64,000 nucleotides of DNA from a virus (taxonomy: Duplodnaviria > Heunggongvirae > Uroviricota > Caudoviricetes): the IMG/VR virus record IMGVR_UViG_3300021255_002251. One strand, written 5' to 3'. Below are positions 28,003-35,555 of the stretch, in pieces. The notes under the pieces are model-generated. The model had not been told where the DNA came from. It ran no database searches and saw nothing but the letters and a program-made list of their open reading frames with translations. The position numbers were made by a program, and so were the translations under genes. Numbering within the stretch: the stretch's first letter is position 1; each line of letters starts with the position of its first letter.

Positions 28003-28359
28003 TTACTTCTCCTCCAACTGGAAAAAACAACCTCTTTCGTTTATGCCAATTCTAGCCTGCTTTTCTTTTGGCTTAAACATGAATCTCATCCCAGTCCGAC
28101 AGTCGTATTCCGTAGCCTCGAGCCACCATTCTCCCCCGCTTAGCAGCCACATAGGATAGTGTGGCCCAGACGCCCAAACATCATTGTCCCATTCTGTTTC
28201 ATCTGCATATTTCCAAAAAGATGGCACATCTATGGAGAGCGCAGTATCAGGATCATTCCCAATGTCATCATCTCCCCATAGTACACAAACTATTTCTTCT
28301 CTAGAATGTCCATTGTTTTTCAACAAGTTGTCAATTTCACGTCCAAGATTTACTAGCAT
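28003..28359 (-). CDS. hypothetical protein
   Basis: 118-aa ORF. Confidence 0.4.
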   Translation of the reverse strand: MLVNLGREIDNLLKNNGHSREEIVCVLWGDDDIGNDPDTALSIDVPSFWKYADETEWDNDVWASGPHYPMWLLSGGEWWLEATEYDCRTGMRFMFKPKEKQARIGINERGCFFQLEEK

Positions 28360-28377
28360 TTGTCATTTCCTCCTTTT

Positions 28378-29160
28378 CTAAATTGTTGCGGGTGCATATA
28401 GCAAAGCCATTGCATCAGTCTTTATCCAGTCGGCTGATGGGCACCCTACCCCAAAATACTTTTCCATCGCCTTTGGTTCACGATTGAACGGAGGCGTGAC
28501 AATATGGAATCCATGCGGAGTCTTAAGAAAAGTCACATCCTCTGACACATACTTCGCGCTGACCTTCGGCATGAATTCCTTTTCTTCATCTGTTCTATTT
28601 CCAAACTTCAACACTAGAGCACGTCGAATCTTGTAGGAAATCCAAGAAGCATACTCCCTTACGACAAAGTTATCTGATGTGGGATTGAAATATTGTTCTC
28701 TCCAAGCGATAGATTTCTTGAATGTTGAATCATCATCTTCATCAATATCTATAACCCACCGCTTATGCCATTTTTCTTCAGTATCATGCATCCCAGCCAC
28801 ACAGGTGCGAATCAGGTGGTCAAAATGGACATTCATAGATCCTTTTTGTAACGTATCTGAAACCTTGCCGTGCAAATTCCAAAGCACCAGTCTGCAAGAC
28901 CTTCTTTGCGGGAGAATATATGCCCTTGCATTATTCTGTTCGCAAAGCGCCATGATTGCCTTTTTTTTCTTATCAAAATATTCCTTGTCATAAACAAAAT
29001 AGTGCTTGATAAGGCGATTGTCCTCATCCACACCTTCAATCATCTTGCCTTTCGTGTCCTTTCTCCTCTTAAGGACAAGAACCATATAGAATTCTCCGTC
29101 TCCATCAAACCGAAGAATGTTGTCTTTTACTTCATTGAAATTGTCTATCGGGTAAACCAT
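28378..29160 (-). CDS. hypothetical protein (260 aa)
   Basis: ORF; a single H-x-T-x-like element HIVT but no second one, so no family assigned. Confidence 0.4.
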   Translation of the reverse strand: MVYPIDNFNEVKDNILRFDGDGEFYMVLVLKRRKDTKGKMIEGVDEDNRLIKHYFVYDKEYFDKKKKAIMALCEQNNARAYILPQRRSCRLVLWNLHGKVSDTLQKGSMNVHFDHLIRTCVAGMHDTEEKWHKRWVIDIDEDDDSTFKKSIAWREQYFNPTSDNFVVREYASWISYKIRRALVLKFGNRTDEEKEFMPKVSAKYVSEDVTFLKTPHGFHIVTPPFNREPKAMEKYFGVGCPSADWIKTDAMALLYAPATI

Positions 29161-29477
29161 TACACGACACTCCCATCTGGAACGACTTCCTTAACAATCA
29201 TATCCGCCTCTATCTTTGAAACAATTGTCCTTACTATCGTTACAATCTCTTCACGGACGATGTTCCCTCGCCTAGCAAGGCTATCAATATACCAGTTACA
29301 GGCTTTCATAAACTGCTCCTGCTTAGCAGGGTCTATCTCCAACCTCGCCTTGTATCTGCACTTGACGGCAGCGAAGATGCATCCTCCTAGACCAAAACCA
29401 GCATCGAAGATGTAGTCTATTACCTGCCGTCCGTTCTTCAGAAGAAACTTCTTGTTCGTATTGTCATTCTCGCCCAT
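29160..29477 (-). CDS. hypothetical protein
   Basis: 105-aa ORF. Confidence 0.35.
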   Translation of the reverse strand: MGENDNTNKKFLLKNGRQVIDYIFDAGFGLGGCIFAAVKCRYKARLEIDPAKQEQFMKACNWYIDSLARRGNIVREEIVTIVRTIVSKIEADMIVKEVVPDGSVV

Positions 29478-29481
29478 AAGC

Positions 29482-30045
29482 CTATTTTCCTTTCTCCACC
29501 AGTTCTGCTTGCATCCTCTTGCCGAAATCCTCTATGAACTCCGCAAAAGACATATGAAGTCTCTTCTCTTTGATCTCCGCACTGTCTGGATTCTCTTCCT
29601 TCGCCAGTTCCTCTTCTGGTGAAACCTCTCTGGCATTTCTGCAGGCTGCATTCCCTCTATATCTTGCCTTGAACTGGTCTGGAAGTTTCTCTAATAGCCG
29701 CTGCTCCTTCTCCGAATCTGTCAACCTAGAGAACTCCTCCATCTGAAGCCAATGTAGATACAAGGTAAGCGTTATCGGTGATATAACGCAAGTTTGCCTC
29801 TTTATCTGTTCCAATTCCTCTTCCGAGAAACACCCAGAATCTCTCAATGGCGCAATCTGCTCTTCAGCGAAATTGATTATCCAAGTCTGAAGTTTAAGAA
29901 GCGCATCGTGGTATAGTTCATCCACATTGTCGGTATGGACAAACAAGGCTCCTAGAACATCCGTCTTGTCGATATTGACAAGAGGAAGGTCTATAGCCGT
30001 ATCCTCTACCAACGGCAAGTCCTTCTTGTCCGCATCCGCACTCAT
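29482..30045 (-). CDS. hypothetical acidic protein
   Basis: 187-aa ORF. Confidence 0.4.
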   Translation of the reverse strand: MSADADKKDLPLVEDTAIDLPLVNIDKTDVLGALFVHTDNVDELYHDALLKLQTWIINFAEEQIAPLRDSGCFSEEELEQIKRQTCVISPITLTLYLHWLQMEEFSRLTDSEKEQRLLEKLPDQFKARYRGNAACRNAREVSPEEELAKEENPDSAEIKEKRLHMSFAEFIEDFGKRMQAELVEKGK

Positions 30046-30046
30046 G

Positions 30047-30232
30047 TTAATCCATAACCTGTGCAGCCAAGAACGTGACGAACGATATTATCGCACATGC
30101 TACCGTCAAGACCATAAGATTGTGGTAGTAAGTGCTAACATTAGATGATGCTACCGCTCCGCAAAGAAGAATCGGCGACAGCGGCACCTCTAGTGCCGTA
30201 ATCTTCGAGATTGACAATAATAACTTTCTCAT
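30047..30232 (-). CDS. small membrane protein (internal start of the listed 120-aa ORF)
   Basis: MRKLLLSISKITALEVPLSPILLCGAVASSNVSTYYHNLMVLTVACAIISFVTFLAAQV with a GGAGGA SD 6 nt upstream. The upstream part of the listed ORF overlaps promoter 30284-30323. Confidence 0.4.
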   Translation of the reverse strand: MRKLLLSISKITALEVPLSPILLCGAVASSNVSTYYHNLMVLTVACAIISFVTFLAAQVMD

Positions 30233-30283
30233 GGTTTCCTCCGCTTGTTGTCTTTGTTGTCTTGTTTTGTCCTTGCGGAGTGT

Positions 30284-30323
30284 ATTATACCACACTCTTG
30301 ACTCGGCTTTCAAGGGGGTGTAG
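30284..30323 (-). promoter_or_regulatory. sigma70-type promoter: GGGGGTGTAG box, TTGAAA (30308-30313), 18 nt, TGTGGTATAAT (30284-30289)
   Basis: Minus strand reads CTACACCCCCTTGAAAGCCGAGTCAAGAGTGTGGTATAAT. Confidence 0.6.
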
Positions 30324-30332
30324 TTTTTTTTC

Positions 30333-30884
30333 TCACTCTTTGGTGAGGAAGTTGAAGAGTTCCCAACAGGCCTTTGCATCGTCAAGGGCATCATGTGAAT
30401 TCTTCGCATCCAACTGAAACACCCTAATGCAGTTGCTAAGATGATTGCCGGGGAGAATCGACTTAGGCAATTGAAGAGATTTCACGAATTCCTTTGTGCA
30501 ACATCCCATCGCCCTTTCCGGCAAATCGTCTGCAATGCCGTACTTCCTCATCATGTTCACAATCATCCGATAGTCGAAAGACAGATTGTGAGCAACAAGC
30601 AATGCCATACCCTCTTCGGATATTGTCTTCTCTATGAGTGCGAGGAAGTCCGACAGCACATCAACTGGATCAAGACCAGACTTCCGTAAAAGTTCATCAG
30701 TTATGCCATTTACTTTCTGTGCCTCAGTCCCATCAATCGGCACTTGATTTTTTAGGTAAACTGCCTTAGAGAAGAGTTCTTTTCTCTTCCTCATTGCAAC
30801 AACAGCCAACTGCACCACGTCGTCGTTATCGGTTAGTCCAGTAGTCTCTGTGTCGAACACAATGACAGTACCATTGTCAGCCAT
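30333..30884 (-). CDS. DEDDh 3'-5' exonuclease (DnaQ/epsilon-like)
   Basis: Exo I VIVFDTETTG, Exo II LLVAHNLSFD, Exo III HDALDDA. The start was chosen at the internal Met (MADNG..), just ahead of motif I. Confidence 0.75.
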   Translation of the reverse strand: MADNGTVIVFDTETTGLTDNDDVVQLAVVAMRKRKELFSKAVYLKNQVPIDGTEAQKVNGITDELLRKSGLDPVDVLSDFLALIEKTISEEGMALLVAHNLSFDYRMIVNMMRKYGIADDLPERAMGCCTKEFVKSLQLPKSILPGNHLSNCIRVFQLDAKNSHDALDDAKACWELFNFLTKE

Positions 30885-30922
30885 AACCGAATAAAGCGGC
30901 ACTCTTGCTAAATCGAACAGGT

Positions 30923-31108
30923 TCAATGCAATAGTCTCCAGATGATTCTTACAATCCCTTTTGTGATGAAAATAATGCCAATGGCTATCCAAATAACCGA
31001 CCAATATACATTGGGCGCATTAGGGTATTTGTTAGGCTTTAGTCTCCGAAACCGATTCATCGCATCGGTTTCTGACTTTGCCAACTTCTTGTACTTTGGG
31101 TTGTTCAT
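30923..31108 (-). CDS. small membrane protein
   Basis: WSVIWIAIGIIFITKGIVRIIW. Confidence 0.3.
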   Translation of the reverse strand: MNNPKYKKLAKSETDAMNRFRRLKPNKYPNAPNVYWSVIWIAIGIIFITKGIVRIIWRLLH

Positions 31109-31168
31109 TGTGAGAGAAAGCCCCTATCGGTCGCTCTCCTCATTCTCGACCGATAGGGGCTGGGGCGG

Positions 31169-32797
31169 TTAAGCCTTCTTCTTGGAATCGCCGCCGTTGC
31201 TCCCAAGCAACTTGGTTGCGAGAACTCCTCCGATTGCGGATTTCACATCAAAGCCAAGAGACTTGGAAAGTCCATCGAACAACTGCGTGGTGTGGTCGAT
31301 GACCCCTGCGGCAATCTTCCCTGACTGATCGCCATACATCGTGATGTTTCCGACCTTCGTGTAAGCGGAAGCCACTCCAGTTGCGATTGCGGGGAGAACA
31401 TTGACGAACTCCTTTACTACCTGCAACTGCAAGTCCATCTTTGCCGCTTCTCCGTACTTCGCCATGGCATCGGCTTTCTTTTCCAGGCCCTCTGCCTCTG
31501 CGATTGCCTTTGCGCGGATAGCCTCTGCCTCCGCATCGCCCTTCGCCTTGATGACATAAGCCTCATTCTCACCCTGCACCTTGTTGGCATCTGCGATTGC
31601 CTTGATTGCGGCGGCTTCGCGCTCTGCTGCAATCTGCTTCGCCTCTGCTTCCTTCGCCTGCTGGAAAAGTGCGGCATCCGCAGCGGCCTTTGTAGCATCA
31701 GCCTCACGCTCAGCCTCTATCTGGACGGCTTCAGCCTTGCGGGTTCGCTCAGCAAGTTCCGCCTCCGCATTCTTCTGTGTGGTGTAGAGACGAGCATCGG
31801 CCTCCTGCTGTGCGGCGAACTTCTCCGCTTCCGCCTTCTTGCGGATTTCGGCATCGAGTTCCTTTTCGGTGATTGCCACCTTCCTCTGAGAGAGTTCGGT
31901 CTTCTTCTCGAGTTCTATGATGCTCGCATCACCCTTCGTTGCTTCGAGAATCTTACGCTGCTCTTCCGCCTGGATCCCCTTTGCGGCTTCTGCTATCGCA
32001 ATCTGAATGTCGGCCTGCTTCTTAAGGTCGGCTTTCTTGATTTCGAGTTCGTTGTTGCGAATCGCAATCTCCGTCTCAGCCGCTACGCGGGCATCGTTGG
32101 CTTCCTTTGCAGCCTTTGCCTTGGCCTGTTCCACCTGAGCCTCCGCATTCGCACGAGCGATTGCCGCATCCTTGGAGATGGTTGCAATGTTGTCAATACC
32201 AAGGTTCTCGATCGCCTTGTCATCGTCCGTGAAGTTCTGGACATTGAACGAGACGATTTCCAAACCCATCCTCTCCAAGTCGGGTGCGGCATTCTTCTTT
32301 ACCGCCTCCGCAAACTGCTGGCGATTGAGAACCATCTCCTTGGTTGTCATTTCACCAACAATCTCGCGCATGTTGCCTTCGAGGACTTCTTTGGCATTTT
32401 CGCTGATGTATTCTGGTGAGGCATTGAGGAAGTTCATCGCCGCAAGTGCGAGCATCTGCTCTTCACGGCTCACCTTGATGTTCACGACTGCATCCACATT
32501 GACGTTGATGAAGTCCTTGTTGGGGACCTTCTGCTTCGTCTTCACGTCAACCTGAATGAGTTCGAGCGTCACCACGTCAAGGCGCTCGAAGAACGGAATC
32601 CTAAAGCCTGCCCTGCCGATAAGAGTCCGCTTTCGGAGACCGGATATGATATAGGCTTTGTCGGGCGGTGCCTTGCAATACCCGAGCGCGAACACTCCAA
32701 TGAAGAATAGAACACCAACGGCGATACCAACGATTCCCCAAGGGAAACCGCCTATTGACGATGCCGCAAAAGCGGCGGTGACTACCTGTGTGTGCAT
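31169..32797 (-). CDS. flotillin-like SPFH / Band-7 membrane protein
   Basis: N-terminal TM segment. SPFH core ISGLRKRTLIGRAGFRIPFFERLDVVTLELIQVDV. Long Ala/Glu/Lys-rich flotillin-type coiled-coil repeats follow. Confidence 0.8.
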   Translation of the reverse strand: MHTQVVTAAFAASSIGGFPWGIVGIAVGVLFFIGVFALGYCKAPPDKAYIISGLRKRTLIGRAGFRIPFFERLDVVTLELIQVDVKTKQKVPNKDFINVNVDAVVNIKVSREEQMLALAAMNFLNASPEYISENAKEVLEGNMREIVGEMTTKEMVLNRQQFAEAVKKNAAPDLERMGLEIVSFNVQNFTDDDKAIENLGIDNIATISKDAAIARANAEAQVEQAKAKAAKEANDARVAAETEIAIRNNELEIKKADLKKQADIQIAIAEAAKGIQAEEQRKILEATKGDASIIELEKKTELSQRKVAITEKELDAEIRKKAEAEKFAAQQEADARLYTTQKNAEAELAERTRKAEAVQIEAEREADATKAAADAALFQQAKEAEAKQIAAEREAAAIKAIADANKVQGENEAYVIKAKGDAEAEAIRAKAIAEAEGLEKKADAMAKYGEAAKMDLQLQVVKEFVNVLPAIATGVASAYTKVGNITMYGDQSGKIAAGVIDHTTQLFDGLSKSLGFDVKSAIGGVLATKLLGSNGGDSKKKA

Positions 32798-32838
32798 TTT
32801 TGTTTTTTCCTTTCTTGTTTGATTTTTTAATCAAATCG

Positions 32839-33135
32839 TCATTCTACAACATACCAGTCTTCAGAGAGCATGTCAGTCTGTGAAGCCAGCCAGCCTGTGA
32901 GAACCTTGAAGTCTGTGGTGAACATGCGGATTGAGCCGAGACATTCAATCTCTCCGCCTTTTGATTCAGCGAGCGCTTTCAGATGCGGATCTCTGCACCA
33001 TTCAGCCTTCACGGAAGAGGCTGGAAGAAGCCAGAGTGACATACCTTTGCCATTCCATCCTTCTCGTGCAACTCTCTTCCCTTGCTTCAGAGCACGAATT
33101 GCATCTCCAAAATCCATTAAGTTATTCTCGTTCAT
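32839..33135 (-). CDS. DUF2829 family protein (Tad2-like), copy 1
   Basis: MNENNLMDFGDAIRALKQGKRVAREGWNGKGM..EDWYVVE. The start was chosen at the internal Met of the listed ORF. Confidence 0.6.
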   Translation of the reverse strand: MNENNLMDFGDAIRALKQGKRVAREGWNGKGMSLWLLPASSVKAEWCRDPHLKALAESKGGEIECLGSIRMFTTDFKVLTGWLASQTDMLSEDWYVVE

Positions 33136-33146
33136 GTCCTTCGCTC

Positions 33147-33455
33147 CTATTCCACCACTACCCAGTCTTCGGCCAAAAGGTCGGAGTTTGTAGCAAGCCA
33201 CCCAACCATCAACTTGTTGTCGCGGGTCTTCATTACGAAAGTCCCCAACTTCTCAATTGAGGCATTTCGCCCAAATGCAAATTTTAGGTTTTCGCTCATG
33301 GCATCCATCCTTGGCAGTTTGCAGGACGGTTCTAGCCAGATGTACATGTTGGGATCGAAAGACACGATGTTGCCGTTCCATCCCTTCCTAGTCATCTTCT
33401 TCCCGACCTTGAGCAGTTTCAGGGCTTCAGAAAAGTCCATCGATCTCTCAAACAT
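33147..33455 (-). CDS. DUF2829 family protein (Tad2-like), copy 2
   Basis: MDFSEALKLLKVGKKMTRKGWNGN...EDWVVVE; a paralog of the adjacent gene. Confidence 0.65.
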   Translation of the reverse strand: MFERSMDFSEALKLLKVGKKMTRKGWNGNIVSFDPNMYIWLEPSCKLPRMDAMSENLKFAFGRNASIEKLGTFVMKTRDNKLMVGWLATNSDLLAEDWVVVE

Positions 33456-33471
33456 TAGTATTCCTTTCTCT

Positions 33472-34656
33472 TTAGTCTTCCTGCTTCATCAAATAGCGGT
33501 TGCTTACCGCCTTGAATGAAAGATTATGGATTGTATTGCTCTTGAAAACAATCCCCTCACGCTCATTCCCCCTAGCCGTCTTGCCCTCTGCGAACATAAG
33601 GACTGCATCCATGGTAGGATATTCCGTGAATACCTTTATAGACGGGCTAATGAGCTGAACATGTTGCAACCCAAGTTTCTCACACACTTCGCGCCGGTTA
33701 TTGGGAAGCAAATACATCTGGTTCTTGATGTCGTAAATCTTGAATACATGCCATTCATGTTCCTGATACTTGTCTCTATCGGCATTTATGCCTGGTCCAA
33801 CCAGTTCTCCTTGAATCGCATATTCAAGTCCTTCGGACTCAAATAGGTTCTTCAACTTCTTCTCGACATCATACTTCTCTGCCATCTGATACCCGAGAGG
33901 AATCCCGCCTTTTGCAAGTTCCGACTTGATTCGAAGATTCCTAGTGCAAACGCCAAAAGGTATTTCAGCATCAATGGTAGGAGAGTAAAACATCGTAAGA
34001 GAAGCCCCGTCATCTTTGGCAGTTGCTTCCCAGTCCATGTCTTTGTACTTCTCAAACCAGTCACTGAGATTCTGAACCCTTTCCTCATCAGTCTTAGGGC
34101 AATAGTCAGATGGGAACCTACCAATTGCATCTGCACTAATCGGATTACTGCCAGTTATCGGTTGTAACTGCTCTTTCACCTCATCATAATGTTCTACCTT
34201 AAGCAGCCTTGTAACATCTGCCCCCAACAATGGCTGTAGAACAAATTGTCCGTTATCAGTCTCCAAGGCTATCGTATCCGTGCCGTCTCCTTTAATCCCT
34301 CCCCCCTGACAACAATAGGCGATTTCGGGAAAGTCTGATATCGGCATGACAAGTCCCTGCGACACAACTCCACGCAACTTGCATGTCTTTATCCTTATGC
34401 CTTGGCGAATAACGTTCCCGCTCTTGCTAACGAACTTCTTTAAGCATCTGTCTTTTAGGAATGCATATCGGGCATCAGAATCATCAAGAAACGAATCTAT
34501 CTCAAAATACACGGCTAAGTCGCCAACATGAAACTCTCCTTTCTGGGTAACAACCTTCCAGCCCTTACCTTTCATCTCGACCCCCTCTAGGCGGTCGGCA
34601 TTTTCTATTGGCGAAACCTTACTGATTTCAACTATGCTCGCTAGTTTTCTAGACAT
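33472..34656 (-). CDS. ATP-dependent RNA ligase with N-terminal OB-fold tRNA-binding-like domain
   Basis: N-terminal KLASIVEISKVSPIENADRLEGVEM...VGDLAVYFEIDSFL (Myf/EMAP-like). Nucleotidyltransferase motif I KDDGAS (KxDG). Motif IV/V EGIVFK. Confidence 0.6.
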   Translation of the reverse strand: MSRKLASIVEISKVSPIENADRLEGVEMKGKGWKVVTQKGEFHVGDLAVYFEIDSFLDDSDARYAFLKDRCLKKFVSKSGNVIRQGIRIKTCKLRGVVSQGLVMPISDFPEIAYCCQGGGIKGDGTDTIALETDNGQFVLQPLLGADVTRLLKVEHYDEVKEQLQPITGSNPISADAIGRFPSDYCPKTDEERVQNLSDWFEKYKDMDWEATAKDDGASLTMFYSPTIDAEIPFGVCTRNLRIKSELAKGGIPLGYQMAEKYDVEKKLKNLFESEGLEYAIQGELVGPGINADRDKYQEHEWHVFKIYDIKNQMYLLPNNRREVCEKLGLQHVQLISPSIKVFTEYPTMDAVLMFAEGKTARGNEREGIVFKSNTIHNLSFKAVSNRYLMKQED

Positions 34657-34668
34657 TCGTTTTCTCCT

Positions 34669-34854
34669 TTACAGTACAATTCTCTTTTGTTTCCCGAAAT
34701 CGTCTGAAAATCCTTCGAGGCTCCATCGCGCACCATCAATTAGCCATGACGGATTAGGTGGTGCAAACTCACCATGTTGCAATGTGACAACTTCAACATT
34801 GCCATACTTTTCCTTTATTTCCCGAAGTCTTCTGATTAACCCTTGGATTCGCAT
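34669..34854 (-). CDS. small hypothetical protein
   Basis: 61-aa ORF. Confidence 0.25.
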   Translation of the reverse strand: MRIQGLIRRLREIKEKYGNVEVVTLQHGEFAPPNPSWLIDGARWSLEGFSDDFGKQKRIVL

Positions 34855-35195
34855 CCCGCTTTTTCCTTCTTGATATCCTCAAAAACCTTCAAAGCCTCTG
34901 TTGCCACTTCACAAGTCTCATTCTCCAAACCCAATGCATCTATGCAGATTATTCCGCTTTTAGCATCTGGGCTATCGTGGCAGAAATCATCAATGCGGCA
35001 AATAGGACAGCATGTCATGTTTGGGCAAATCCTGTTTGTGATATGCCAAACCTCTCCTCCAAACCGCAATGCTAGTACATTTAGAAGTAAGGCCACCTGC
35101 TTGTTCTCACTAGCTTCGCACTCATTGCAGTTTTTATCACATAAGTATTTTGTTATCCTCATTGCGCTCCTTCTTTGCAATCTCTTCTTGAACAA
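34836..35195 (-). CDS. Cys-rich hypothetical protein
   Basis: Multiple CxxC pairs: CDKNCNEC and CCPIC. Confidence 0.3.
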   Translation of the reverse strand: MFKKRLQRRSAMRITKYLCDKNCNECEASENKQVALLLNVLALRFGGEVWHITNRICPNMTCCPICRIDDFCHDSPDAKSGIICIDALGLENETCEVATEALKVFEDIKKEKAGCESKG

Positions 35196-35484
35196 ACCAT
35201 TTTAGTTCGTTCCACCCTGTGAGAACAATCCCAAAACAAACCTTTGTTCTAGGCATTAGAGCAAAGTAAACCTTTCCAGCAACAGAATAATGTCCAAGCC
35301 AAGGAGTCTGCCACTCTTGTGTACAATCTCCAAATCGAACGAACCTTTGTCGGCCAAGATTGTCAATCTTACCATGTAACGACTTCCCTTGCCCATTCCA
35401 CACATGGGCAATATAGTAGTCAGTCTTCTTAACTAACTTGTTTAGAAGTTCAATGTGTCTCTTGTGTCTGCTCTTCTTCTTCAT
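35137..35484 (-). CDS. hypothetical protein
   Basis: 115-aa ORF downstream of promoter 35509-35538. Confidence 0.4.
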   Translation of the reverse strand: MKKKSRHKRHIELLNKLVKKTDYYIAHVWNGQGKSLHGKIDNLGRQRFVRFGDCTQEWQTPWLGHYSVAGKVYFALMPRTKVCFGIVLTGWNELKWFVQEEIAKKERNEDNKILM

Positions 35485-35508
35485 CGCCTATTGTCCTTGA
35501 CGAGGGAT

Positions 35509-35538
35509 ATTATACCACACCCTCGTTCCGGGTTTCAA
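35509..35538 (-). promoter_or_regulatory. sigma70-type promoter: TTGAAA (35533-35538), 18 nt, TGTGGTATAAT (35509-35514)
   Basis: Minus strand reads TTGAAACCCGGAACGAGGGTGTGGTATAAT. Confidence 0.55.
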
Positions 35539-35555
35539 TAGGTGATAGAAAAAGT

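Noticed and set aside
30047-30409. Full-length 120-aa ORF
   Set aside because: Its N-terminal half overlaps the strong promoter 30284-30323 and the upstream exonuclease gene. Only the C-terminal 61-aa membrane peptide downstream of the promoter, with a GGAGGA RBS, is plausible.
31417-32555. Alternative-frame ORFs inside the flotillin gene (31417..31707, 31581..31787, 32083..32292, 32172..32555)
   Set aside because: They are Arg- or Ala/Ser-rich artefacts of the GC-rich, low-complexity flotillin repeat region read out of frame.
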